From a virus (taxonomy: Duplodnaviria > Caudoviricetes): 64,000 bases of DNA. The notes beneath the pieces are model-generated. The model was not told the DNA's origin. It did not search any database and saw only the letters and a list, made by a program, of their open reading frames with translations. The stretch spans positions 11,047 through 75,046 of the IMG/VR virus record IMGVR_UViG_3300046408_000009, one strand, 5' to 3'. Positions 29,108-38,243 of this stretch are shown piece after piece (the first letter of the stretch is position 1; each line of letters begins with the position of its first letter). A program made the position numbers and the translations under genes.

Positions 29108-29683
29108 CTACCGCCTAGCCCCACACCACATTGCAAGTCGCATTGGTTCCGTTCGTACCGCGAGACGAGTACCAAGAAACCCTGCGGCTGCTTGTACCAT
29201 CATGACGTGCGTGGAGCAAATAACGTGATCGCTCCATGACGCGTCGAGTTGTAGCCCAGTTGCGTCGTCAACGATGATCGCGGGATACTCGAACCACCCG
29301 TAATCTGCTCCCGACATCGCGTTATCGAACTGCGCTGCTGCTCTGCGTTGCGTATCGTCAATGTCAAACGACACCACGGCGTACAGCCGTGCTCGATACG
29401 ACTCCAGTGGTCGACGCTCGTACCCCCAAAATCCCATCTCAGAAATCATGGGTACGATTGCGTCGCTGGTCCGGATAACACCCGCGTGCCCGCACCATGT
29501 ATATCCGTCGAGTGCCGGTTCGCGAATAGTTGCAATTTTTTCCGCGTCTTCAATCAACGTCGACGCAATGGTTCCGTGATCCACGAGGATGATGTCGGTG
29601 TCTTTCGGGTTCTCGCAGTGCTGACCTCTCTCGAAAAAACGAACCGTGAGTGGTGGAATAACAAGTTGAAAGTCTTCGTTCAT
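29108..29683 (-). CDS. Permuted papain-like NlpC/P60 amidase (YiiX/YebB-like)
   Basis: His first (WCGHAGVI), then DYGW, then Cys last (VICST). Confidence 0.65.
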   Translation of the reverse strand: MNEDFQLVIPPLTVRFFERGQHCENPKDTDIILVDHGTIASTLIEDAEKIATIREPALDGYTWCGHAGVIRTSDAIVPMISEMGFWGYERRPLESYRARLYAVVSFDIDDTQRRAAAQFDNAMSGADYGWFEYPAIIVDDATGLQLDASWSDHVICSTHVMMVQAAAGFLGTRLAVRTEPMRLAMWCGARR

Positions 29684-30033
29684 TTTTTAGTCTCAGCATG
29701 ATGAAGCGCAAAGTGATGCTTTGTCGGACGCTCCATTGAGTTAACTATTGGGTGACACTTTTTGCACAATCGGTACTTCACACCGTTCATCTCGTACTCG
29801 TGTCGACCAAATCTCCAGCATCCTTTTGAGTGACAATTTTGGTGGCGCACAATCGTAACGAGGCCCCCGACGATTGCCATCTCACCAATGTCACTCCCGA
29901 ATCCGGACCAAAAATTGTACGCTCCGTTGGGAACGAGCGGCCTCACCCCAATGAAGTGAAGAAACCAATTCACACTTGTGCACGTGGTAGAAGCCAGTTC
30001 AGGACGATGGCGATCCATCCACAAATCATCCAA
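29680..30033 (-). CDS. Membrane protein with C-terminal Cys/His cluster
   Basis: Hydrophobic segment followed by HQNCHSKGCWRFGRH...CKKCH. Confidence 0.6.
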   Translation of the reverse strand: MDDLWMDRHRPELASTTCTSVNWFLHFIGVRPLVPNGAYNFWSGFGSDIGEMAIVGGLVTIVRHQNCHSKGCWRFGRHEYEMNGVKYRLCKKCHPIVNSMERPTKHHFALHHAETKK

Positions 30034-30167
30034 CTATCCGACCCGAATGAGAAGAGATCGTTGCCGTGAAGTGCCAATAGAGCGAGTACGAAGAGGAGTA
30101 CCGCAACCCAGAGAAGAATTCGAATTCCTCTGTTCTGATGCGGTGTCGATGTTGGGACTGTCGTCAT
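29970..30167 (-). CDS. Small 2-TM holin-like protein
   Basis: Two hydrophobic helices in 65 aa. Confidence 0.55.
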   Translation of the reverse strand: MTTVPTSTPHQNRGIRILLWVAVLLFVLALLALHGNDLFSFGSDSWMICGWIAIVLNWLLPRAQV

Positions 30168-30180
30168 ATATTCCCTTTCG

Positions 30181-30675
30181 CTAATGTCCGGGCAATGTCA
30201 ATACGTATATGGTAATTGGAATAGTTACGACTGCAGCAATTGCACTTATTAATGCAACGATCTGCCCCATTGACGCACGACGTTCACTCTTTGTGTCAAC
30301 AGTTGCCTGTTTTGCACCAGCACCAAGATAGAACGCATTTTTGAGTTGAGTCACATCATCAATGATCGGCTTCAATTTCGCATCCAATGATGACTCAAGA
30401 GTGTTTTTGGTGATCTCCACGGTGGCCGCGAGCGTCTTAGCCGTTTCGATCTGGGTATCAATGGCTCGTTGCGCCGTAGCGACAATGGCAGAGAGGTTAG
30501 AGTCAATTCGCTTACTCTCCGCTCGACGGAGTTGGTGAGCAAAATGCTCGCGCATCTTAGCCTCACGTCGAAGTGATTTCGCTAATTGCAATCGTTCACG
30601 GCGTTCTGACTCTAGTCCCGTACTAACGAGCGCGATGACGTTCGCGGTGGGGTCGACTATTTTCGTCTTAGCCAT
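30181..30675 (-). CDS. Coiled-coil protein with C-terminal TM
   Basis: Heptad-rich; ends in a hydrophobic helix. Confidence 0.6.
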   Translation of the reverse strand: MAKTKIVDPTANVIALVSTGLESERRERLQLAKSLRREAKMREHFAHQLRRAESKRIDSNLSAIVATAQRAIDTQIETAKTLAATVEITKNTLESSLDAKLKPIIDDVTQLKNAFYLGAGAKQATVDTKSERRASMGQIVALISAIAAVVTIPITIYVLTLPGH

Positions 30676-31066
30676 AGAGTGCTTTGCAATTACGCAGTTT
30701 TAGGTCCCGATTGAGTTGCGCTTCGAACAAACTAAACGCCTGACGTTGCTGAACGGTTGGGTGCGTTGGTTCGAATTTGGAGAAGACGTAGTTCCAAAGT
30801 TGGGTTTCATCGGAACGGGTTTTATTGCCAGCCACGCACGCGGAGTACTCTGCGTGCGTCGTTACGGTGTGGAGTTCGTTCACCCCGTACCCAATGATCA
30901 CCGTGAGAATGATGTCAATAAGAAAAGAAATGACCAATGCTCGAATGACCCTGGTATTGGTGCGCGTCATTTGCGCGTTGATCTTTACGACCTCGTCCAA
31001 CGTGCCGATGTCGTAGTGCATATCACTGCGACGATCCGACCCGCTACGCTCCGTCTCGTCATTCAT
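30668..31066 (-). CDS. Single-TM membrane protein
   Basis: Start at MNDETERS; TM ALVISFLIDIILTVIIGYGV. Confidence 0.6.
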   Translation of the reverse strand: MNDETERSGSDRRSDMHYDIGTLDEVVKINAQMTRTNTRVIRALVISFLIDIILTVIIGYGVNELHTVTTHAEYSACVAGNKTRSDETQLWNYVFSKFEPTHPTVQQRQAFSLFEAQLNRDLKLRNCKALYG

Positions 31067-31523
31067 GCACGGACTCCGTCTCCGGAAGTGTCCCCAATGC
31101 TTTTTCGATGCGTAGGAGAGAATCACCAAAGCCGGGACCATCGCCACCGTTCCTCTGATTCTTTTTGCGGTAATCGACAAACTCGCGAGTTAGATTCTCA
31201 AGTCCACTCTTCACTGACAAAAGAACATCATGATCTTCGTAGGCAGTCTTTTCTACCTTGCCAATACGTTCAGTGTGTGCCGCCAACGCTCCCTCATTTT
31301 CTGCACACGCGTGCTCAACGGCTTGCATTCGTTCCGGAGCCGGAAGAATTTTTGCAATAAGCCCCTTGGTGCCGGGGTCACCGGCAATGAAAAGATCGAT
31401 GATCTTCTTCTGCTTTCGTTTTAGTTTCGCCTCATCCGACCACGGCTTGAATATGATAGCGAGCGCCCCGATAAAAGCCGCGCCTACTGACCCGATTGCA
31501 CCCTCCCACTGTAGACCGGCCAC
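31059..31523 (-). CDS. N-terminal TM + coiled-coil protein
   Basis: GAAFIGALAIIF TM; typical of lysis-cassette genes. Confidence 0.6.
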   Translation of the reverse strand: MAGLQWEGAIGSVGAAFIGALAIIFKPWSDEAKLKRKQKKIIDLFIAGDPGTKGLIAKILPAPERMQAVEHACAENEGALAAHTERIGKVEKTAYEDHDVLLSVKSGLENLTREFVDYRKKNQRNGGDGPGFGDSLLRIEKALGTLPETESVHE

Positions 31524-31525
31524 GA

Positions 31526-31993
31526 CTAACCGATGATCAAATCAATGCCGTACGCAATCGTCCCAGTGCCAGCAACCGTGCACACCACCTGAATATCTGC
31601 GGGCAGCATGTCATTAGCCGAAAGGTTCGCTACCGCCGTGAATCCGGTACCTACGCGCAACGGCGTAGTAGCGACTGCAGCGAGCGCGGTGCTGGTGAGG
31701 ATCGGGTAGACCACTCCATCCTTATTCTTACCGTTGATTTGAACCGTTAGGGTGTCGCCACCCGTTACGGCTGTGATGTTGACGATCAGTGCCAACTGCG
31801 CCTCTAACGAGGGGTCAGTAATGATGTCCTTCGTCACCGATGTAGTGGTTCCCGGTGCAACGAATACTCCCGTCGTGGAGTATTGAACCATCTCTCCGGT
31901 GTTTGCGAGTTGTGCGGTTGCGGTGGTGCCGTTGAGCCAGGGGGGTGGCGGCTGCAGTGGGGTGTTGCCTTCGACCGGGTATATGATGCTCAT
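31526..31993 (-). CDS. Beta-sandwich hypothetical protein
   Basis: 155 aa, beta-rich. Confidence 0.6.
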   Translation of the reverse strand: MSIIYPVEGNTPLQPPPPWLNGTTATAQLANTGEMVQYSTTGVFVAPGTTTSVTKDIITDPSLEAQLALIVNITAVTGGDTLTVQINGKNKDGVVYPILTSTALAAVATTPLRVGTGFTAVANLSANDMLPADIQVVCTVAGTGTIAYGIDLIIG

Positions 31994-32670
31994 CTCGTTG
32001 AGACCTCCAATTGTAGGTTCGATGTTGCAGTAATACCGGCGCGGACTTCACGAGCCATTGCTTCGGAAAGATTTCGTTTTACGTCATCAGACAACGGCAT
32101 ACTGCGTAGCGCACGTTCGAATGCAGTGAGGAAAATGCCACTGGTCGACTCGGCGTTTCTCACCATGCGCTCATCGATACCTGCATCAAGAGCCATCTTG
32201 CATGCACGCATATAACGATCCGTCCACACCTGTTGGAGTTCCAACAAGATGTGTGCGGACTGGTCCCAATTGTGGTCATGCCCCCAGAGACCGGGACGCT
32301 CCACCTCCACCGGGGTGCCGTCCGCTGACACGATGGTGTCAGTGTACGGTTCCTCAGGAAGTTCGCTCACCAGCAACTGAAACATTCGTGACATGGTGCC
32401 ACACATCTGCACCGCTTCGAGAAGACCATCCAGGGGACTCATCTCGATATCGAGTGACCACATTAATTCGGCAACTTCTCTGCCGTTGCGCTTCATGAAC
32501 GTGGCTTGTCGAGCCTTCTGACGCTCCAGTTTGGTGCAGTGAATTATGCACTTGTCCATCCCGCGAACGGCGTGCCCCTGACACGGTTTCATTAGAGGCT
32601 CGCGCGTGATGTAATCACGAACGGCTTCGTTATTTTCATCGCGTACGACGGATAATCCAGTGCACTGCAT
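31990..32670 (-). CDS. Terminase small subunit-like protein
   Basis: N-terminal Cys/His (CQGHAVRGMDKCIIH); C-terminal ACKMALDAGIDERMVRNAE, as in actinophage TerS-like proteins. Start set at ATG 32670. Confidence 0.55.
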   Translation of the reverse strand: MQCTGLSVVRDENNEAVRDYITREPLMKPCQGHAVRGMDKCIIHCTKLERQKARQATFMKRNGREVAELMWSLDIEMSPLDGLLEAVQMCGTMSRMFQLLVSELPEEPYTDTIVSADGTPVEVERPGLWGHDHNWDQSAHILLELQQVWTDRYMRACKMALDAGIDERMVRNAESTSGIFLTAFERALRSMPLSDDVKRNLSEAMAREVRAGITATSNLQLEVSTR

Positions 32671-32677
32671 GAGTTGC

Positions 32678-32833
32678 TTACTTCTTTCCCTTCTTGGGGG
32701 AACCCTTCTTCGCGACGGCAGTCGGGTTCCCATCGGGCTTAGCACCTGACGGGCTGACATTCTTGCCAATGGCTTTCGTTGCCTTACCCGTGCCCTTACC
32801 GGCTTGAGTTTTGTCGGTCGTGATCTTCGCCAT
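32678..32833 (-). CDS. 51-aa Lys/Gly-rich basic peptide
   Basis: My translation: MAKITTDKTQAGKGTGKATKAIGKNVSPSGAKPDGNPTAVAKKGSPKKGKK*; SD gaagggg. Confidence 0.7.
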   Translation of the reverse strand: MAKITTDKTQAGKGTGKATKAIGKNVSPSGAKPDGNPTAVAKKGSPKKGKK

Positions 32834-32867
32834 GGTGCACCCCTTCGTTGGACGCACTATACATCAA

Positions 32868-33350
32868 CTAATATCCACCAGTACAGAAACTGGTACCCGG
32901 TGCTTGATCCGGCCACCATCCATATGGCATCAGAACACCGTTCCAACGCAATCGAGTGTGGTTCACGAAGTGCGCCATAGCCCACGCTTGTTGCGCTGGT
33001 GTGGCATCAGCCATGCTCGCGGGGAACGATTTTGCTTTCCACATTGACCACAACCCGTTCATCCAACCCAACCCGCCAGAATACGTCCACCCGCGTACGT
33101 GCCAATTGCCGCTTTCTTCGCACACGTCCACGCGGGACGCTTTTTGCATGATGGCGTCACTCACTAATGGGGGGTGAGCAACGAACCGATGATGGGTAGT
33201 TGATCTATGAAATATTTTGATGTGCGGGATCGACGCTCGCTGCGTCGACGTGTGGTGCGCGTATGTGTCGGCAGTGGCTACCGGCGCAACGCCATTGGAA
33301 ATTAGTAAAAAGACAATAGGGATGAGAAGAGTTCTCTTGAGACGGATCAC
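32868..33350 (-). CDS. Secreted Rpf-like lytic transglycosylase
   Basis: Signal peptide (LLIPIVFLLISNGVAPVATA) plus VCEESGNW...YSGGLGW...W...ADATPAQQ (Rpf/PF06737 pattern). Confidence 0.8.
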   Translation of the reverse strand: MIRLKRTLLIPIVFLLISNGVAPVATADTYAHHTSTQRASIPHIKIFHRSTTHHRFVAHPPLVSDAIMQKASRVDVCEESGNWHVRGWTYSGGLGWMNGLWSMWKAKSFPASMADATPAQQAWAMAHFVNHTRLRWNGVLMPYGWWPDQAPGTSFCTGGY

Positions 33351-33399
33351 GATGCTCCGATGTTCGAGGAATGTTAAGCACTGCGGACTACGTTGTGGT

Positions 33400-35091
33400 T
33401 CATAGTTGCTTAACCTCCCTCGCCAGCGTGTCGTCTGCCTTTAGTTCCCCCCGGCCCTCAATCAGTTCGAGACCGCGTAATTTCGATAGTGAATTTGCAA
33501 ATCCACTTGACGTCGGTGAGTAATTCGTCGCGGCTGCAATATCGTTCTTGTCCATACTTTTAGGCCACACATCAACCAGTGTGCGCAAAATCGCAGACTC
33601 ACATTTACCAAGTTTCCCCAACCAATGTTGAAGTAGTTCCGGCCCAGTAGCGAGGGGTTCGTAGTTTCCCTCGATAGCCAAACTGCCAGAACCAGTGATT
33701 CGCAAATCTCCACGACCTTCGATAAACCCTAATGTCCGCAATCTACTCAACGAATTCGCGAATCCGCTTGATCGTCCACTGTACTCGGAAAGCGTGGCCA
33801 CCTGTTGGCGAGATCGTCCTTGCGGGAACTGAGCCAAAACACTAAGAATCGCACGCTCACAACGACCAAGACCGATTTCTCCGTTATCTTGAGAATCTGT
33901 TCTACTTACTTTTCTCTCAGGGGTCTCGAAAATTCGAAGAGGTTGAGATACAACTGGCGCACGAGAATCTTCTCTCACTGTCTTAGCCGACCCACTGACG
34001 AGAATCTGTTCACGAAGTTTTTGTAATTCCTCATCTATTGACTGCAGTCCCTTTTCAATGGACGTGACCCAATCGGGGACAATCTCAATAATTTTCTCAA
34101 CTGTCACAGTCTCTACCGTTGGCTTTTGCGTCTTAATTTTTTGTTCGAGTTCTACAATTTTCTTTCGCAGTATTTTTGGGTCATCACCTTGTGCACGTTC
34201 GATTGACGCAGCCATTTGAGTTTTCAATGAGCCGAGATCAATATCTGCGAGAGTAGCCACTTTGCGTTTCTTGCCCACCTCCGGCGTTGCTCCGGAGTCG
34301 AACGTTTCGCGACGACGAAATTTATGTTTGGCAGCAATTTGCAACCACTGAGGTGACACAACCCACGCGATACCACTGGACAGTTTAGGGAGATCGTCCA
34401 CGATTGTTCGGGACTCTGCGTAGTAGTCGATCCACCCCAGGATTGCTTTACGGTCATTCGCGCCTGTGGTGCGAAGTGCAAACAACGTCTGGGCTTGACT
34501 GAGTACATCCTTGTTGACGCTGGCACTGCGCTGGGAAATGATCGAACAACCAAGACCGCGTTGTCGACCACGCTTAACGATTAACGTCCACGCGTTCACA
34601 CACTTGGCTTGGTCCCCTCGAACCATCTGAGGAAGATACTCGTCCGCCTCTTCTAAGAACAGGTGTCGTGGCTGCAGACTTTTGGCGTGCAGTCGAAAAA
34701 GAGTCTGTGCAAATTCAGTGAGAAATCTCGTTTGCGATGCCTTTGATGGAAAATCCGAGACGTCGAGAATACACGTCAGATTAAACGTATCCACCAGTTC
34801 CGCAATAAATTTCCCGCTCTCCGCTTCTAATGGAAGATCACCGTGAAGCCCTCCAAAGATGGGAATAGGAAGACCGGGTTTGCGCCCCGTAGAGTCTGAC
34901 CGCATCCCCCACCAGTCACCCTTAGGGTCAACGGCCACCCAGGGTAAGCCGTTCTTATACATCTCCTCCGCCATAACCACGGCGGCATTCGACTTACCAG
35001 CACGCCCCACGGCCAGCAGTGCAAAAGTCTCCGTGACCGCCTCAAGGGGAAGGTCAAACCCTGGACCAACGTGCAGCATCGCCGCCGTCAT
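33400..35091 (-). CDS. HerA/DUF87-like ATPase with coiled coil and tandem winged-helix domains
   Basis: GRAGKS, VDPKGDW, LFLEEADEY, GRQRGLG, SQRSA; two C-terminal SSGFANSLSxLR repeats. Confidence 0.85.
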   Translation of the reverse strand: MTAAMLHVGPGFDLPLEAVTETFALLAVGRAGKSNAAVVMAEEMYKNGLPWVAVDPKGDWWGMRSDSTGRKPGLPIPIFGGLHGDLPLEAESGKFIAELVDTFNLTCILDVSDFPSKASQTRFLTEFAQTLFRLHAKSLQPRHLFLEEADEYLPQMVRGDQAKCVNAWTLIVKRGRQRGLGCSIISQRSASVNKDVLSQAQTLFALRTTGANDRKAILGWIDYYAESRTIVDDLPKLSSGIAWVVSPQWLQIAAKHKFRRRETFDSGATPEVGKKRKVATLADIDLGSLKTQMAASIERAQGDDPKILRKKIVELEQKIKTQKPTVETVTVEKIIEIVPDWVTSIEKGLQSIDEELQKLREQILVSGSAKTVREDSRAPVVSQPLRIFETPERKVSRTDSQDNGEIGLGRCERAILSVLAQFPQGRSRQQVATLSEYSGRSSGFANSLSRLRTLGFIEGRGDLRITGSGSLAIEGNYEPLATGPELLQHWLGKLGKCESAILRTLVDVWPKSMDKNDIAAATNYSPTSSGFANSLSKLRGLELIEGRGELKADDTLAREVKQL

Positions 35092-35443
35092 GAGTAATCC
35101 GAAATGTCGCCACCAACGTCACTGTCGTCATCTTCCTTAGCCTGGTGCACGAAAGGAAAATACATTTTTGCGGGGCAGAACGATTCCTTGTTCTGGTCCT
35201 CCCAACGATGCTTGCGAGCATTCCACTCGATCCCGTGCTCACACCAGGTGCATTCGTGGGACATGAGCAGGTCCGTGATCGTCATGCCACCTCACGATAG
35301 TTCTGGCACCTACACCCGCGCACGGTGCAGGGCCGTGGTGAAGTTCCCTTCTGCTTGCCGTGCTTATTTTCCTTGTGAGTGCATTCGCACGTTCCGGGTC
35401 GGTAGTGCTCGTACCCATTAACCGCTGCGGAGTCAGTCGTCAT
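35088..35443 (-). CDS. Two small Cys-rich ORFs (35088-35285 and 35282-35443)
   Basis: ATGA-coupled; the second reads MTTDSAAVNGYEHYRPGTCECTH...H...CTVRGCRCQNY. Confidence 0.5.
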
Positions 35444-35723
35444 TGTCGTCTCCGGATGGGTACCACGCGCCGCATCTCTTGCAAATTAGTTTGAATTCAT
35501 GAGCATGGTCGTCTGGTGCGACTCGAACAATTTGCACGTAGGAGATGTTGTAAAACATTCCGTTAACGTTGACCACGTATACCGTGTTGGACGTGTCCGA
35601 CTCCTCATCGAAATGAAGAGTGATGTCGTCAATGACACCGTCGACTTCCACGAACTTCAGTGGTCCGGTGGGTGCCTTGAAAGTGATCTGGTCACCGATC
35701 TCGTAGGTGATTGCGATCTTCAC
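35433..35723 (-). CDS. Hypothetical protein
   Basis: GTG start overlapping the thyX stop; SH3-like beta pattern and a CKRC end. Confidence 0.55.
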   Translation of the reverse strand: MKIAITYEIGDQITFKAPTGPLKFVEVDGVIDDITLHFDEESDTSNTVYVVNVNGMFYNISYVQIVRVAPDDHAHEFKLICKRCGAWYPSGDDNDD

Positions 35724-36442
35724 GGTGCCACGTATCCATTCTCCACGAATGCTGCGTGGGTAATGGGCATAAACGCTGCAAATGATTCTTCCATCACGTC
35801 CGCCACCACATTGATCTCGTGCATGGGTGAACTCGGAAATTTTGCCATGGGGTGTCTTTGGCGCAATGAAAGAAATGACATCAAACTGCGAGAATTGCAC
35901 GTGGCGTACATGGTTGAGTAGGTCGACACGGGAAGACACATGCGAGCAACCTCTTTAGCAACCCCTCTATTAAGTTGCATTTGATATGCGTAGTACGCAG
36001 TCTGACACGAGTTCTTTTGTACGGCACGCATGACGTCGTGCTGTTCTTCTGTGCCGGGTTCGAAGATGTAATGACCTGGTTTGCCAGATTGCGTGAGATT
36101 ACGCTCCTCGTCGGGAACGTAGAACTTCCCACGCAATTCTTTGTAGCGACCGCTCTCCTCGTTATAACTCCAACCAATACGGTGGCGATGAAACTCGCGA
36201 AACACGAAGATCGGTGCCTCCACGAAAAATGTAAATTGATTGTGCTCGAACGGAGTACCGTGTCGATTGCGCATGAGGAATTTAATCAAACCCTCGTTCG
36301 CTTCGGGTGCGGTTGCGTATCCCAGAATTTCTTCACCCTGGGTACTCACGCGAGCCGCGCTAACTACCGTTGCATCATCTGCCAGCACCCGAACCAACTG
36401 CACGTTGATCTCGCTGGAAAACTCAACTTCATTTTTCGTCAT
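35720..36442 (-). CDS. thyX: Flavin-dependent thymidylate synthase
   Basis: HGTPFEH, REFHRHRIGWSYNEESGRY (RHRx7SxR), KEVARMCLP. Confidence 0.97.
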   Translation of the reverse strand: MTKNEVEFSSEINVQLVRVLADDATVVSAARVSTQGEEILGYATAPEANEGLIKFLMRNRHGTPFEHNQFTFFVEAPIFVFREFHRHRIGWSYNEESGRYKELRGKFYVPDEERNLTQSGKPGHYIFEPGTEEQHDVMRAVQKNSCQTAYYAYQMQLNRGVAKEVARMCLPVSTYSTMYATCNSRSLMSFLSLRQRHPMAKFPSSPMHEINVVADVMEESFAAFMPITHAAFVENGYVAP

Positions 36443-36498
36443 TACGTCCTTTCGTCTGGGTCGAACCTAACACATTTGCAGAACGAACTGCAAATTAG

Positions 36499-37001
36499 TT
36501 AGCGTCGAGATGACCCAGAATGTTCGTCTCGGAACGCACGCCAATCAACACCAGCGTCATCCAACGCTTCCCGCAATTCTTCGATAAGAAATGCAGGAAT
36601 CCCACGGCGTGCACTGACACCAGCATCAGCCGATTTAGAAGGAAACGCTGCTATCTGCAATGCGATAGCAGCGATTTTCTTCAATTGCTCACGTGTCACA
36701 CAATCTCCCATGGTAGCCCGTACTGCGCACGTTCCGCACGGTGTGCAGGGTTGGCAAGTCTCTGAGCCATCCGGACACGATTTTGATCAATACAACTCTG
36801 TGCAGCGGCAACAGCCTCCTCACGAGTCACATAAGCAACCATTTTGATTTGCTTCGTCCACCCATCACCGTGAATTCCCCCGGTCGAAAACTTGATGATT
36901 GGTACATAGGGGAACTTCGGGTTTCGTCCGCGTTTAGCGGCAGTCGCTACGCCAAAATCAAACCCAGCAACCACCCGTTCAATGTCTTGTGTCAGTGTCA
37001 T
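36499..37001 (-). CDS. Two early hypothetical genes (36696-37001 leaderless; 36499-36711)
   Basis: ATG 37001 lies 6 nt after a TATGAT -10 element. Confidence 0.6.
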
Positions 37002-37040
37002 ATAAATATCATAACATCCTTTTTGCAAATTTGCAAATTT
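37002..37040 (-). promoter_or_regulatory. TTGCAA-N17-TATGAT leaderless promoter with 2 x TTTGCAAA
   Basis: Boxes at 37022-37037; -10 at 37008-37013. Confidence 0.8.
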
Positions 37041-37115
37041 CCAAACAAAAATCCGGGCCATTTCTGGCCCGGACTTCTGTGTCAATGGGTTTCCGCAAGC
37101 GTCTAAATACTAACC

Positions 37116-37496
37116 CTACGCCGTGGCGGGTGGCGTCTGCGTCTGTGCAGCAGCGGACGCAGCCGCGTTGGTGGTCGGTGCCTGTGGAGTCAACTTCAAC
37201 TGCGTAGGTGCGCTCGCGCCCACGTCGAATGTTTCGGTGCCGCTCCACGGCGTACCGCCTACGGTGAACTTCGCCGTCACTACAACCGCCGCGTCCAAGG
37301 GACCGTTCGCCGTCACGGTGATGCCGGAGTTGTCCGCGTTGGGGGTAGCCGTCAACGACGCCGGGTCCGATGACGTGACGGTGAGACTGCCCGCGTCGAC
37401 GGTCGGTGACGTGGCCGGGTTGCCGAATTCATCTTCGAACACGAAGAGAACATCGGAACTCTGATTGTCCTGCAAGCCAAATGGAACAGTGCTCAT
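37116..37496 (-). CDS. Ig-like (Big-type) single-domain protein
   Basis: DEFGNP, VTSSDPASLTATP, VVVTAKFT...TFDV beta-sandwich pattern. Confidence 0.65.
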   Translation of the reverse strand: MSTVPFGLQDNQSSDVLFVFEDEFGNPATSPTVDAGSLTVTSSDPASLTATPNADNSGITVTANGPLDAAVVVTAKFTVGGTPWSGTETFDVGASAPTQLKLTPQAPTTNAAASAAAQTQTPPATA

Positions 37497-37507
37497 AATC
37501 TTTTCCT

Positions 37508-37669
37508 TTACTGATTAGTTGTGGGTGTTTGGGGTTCAAGAACTACTTGTGTTGCGGGTCCCGCTGGTGCTGCGACGGGGGTGACCATGAACTCAATGAT
37601 GTCGTCAAGTCGATCAATAATTGTTTCGAGAAGGCTAATCTGCTTCCGTCGAAAATCCTCTTCGTCCAT
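37508..37669 (-). CDS. 53-aa partner of the Ig-like protein
   Basis: My translation: MDEEDFRRKQISLLETIIDRLDDIIEFMVTPVAAPAGPATQVVLEPQTPTTNQ*; SD gaaggag. Confidence 0.7.
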   Translation of the reverse strand: MDEEDFRRKQISLLETIIDRLDDIIEFMVTPVAAPAGPATQVVLEPQTPTTNQ

Positions 37670-37692
37670 ACGTCTCCTTCGTCCGTTCCACC

Positions 37693-38243
37693 TTAGCGTG
37701 GAATTGCAAACTGTGACAATTTTTCGAGATACGTAAATTCTTCCGGCGTCAGGTGCGTACCCGATTCCAGCCAGAATCGAGTGCCGTGAGTGGTCATCGA
37801 AACTCCCCTCGGATTACTGAGAAGTTTCTGCAAAATGTTCTCGGCCATTTGCAAACGTTCAATCGTTTCAGCGGCCTCAACGCGATCAGCCTGTCGATTA
37901 TGGGGAATCCCGTGCTGTTGTCGCAGCCGATCCACCACGATTTGAGAATCGAGTGCGCTCATTATATCCACGCCTTATGCATGAGATCATCCAACGTCAT
38001 CGCATTCAGACTCTCTAATTGAACGTCGACCACGTTGGTGATCGGCGTGGCGCGTCGGTACTCCGCTCCTCGACAGACGCGGGTCATCTCCTCACGTTGC
38101 TCGTCAGTGATTTGACTGTAATTAGTGCACTCGAATATCTCCCCGCGCACTCGAATGAACTGCGGTGGAGGCCACGACGGTGCGTGGTAAACACCCTGAA
38201 TTCCGTCGACCAAAATGTGATCGTCCTGAAACAACTTACTCAT
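37693..38243 (-). CDS. Two hypothetical genes (37693-37971 and 37962-38243)
   Basis: Coupled minus-strand ORFs from the track. Confidence 0.5.
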
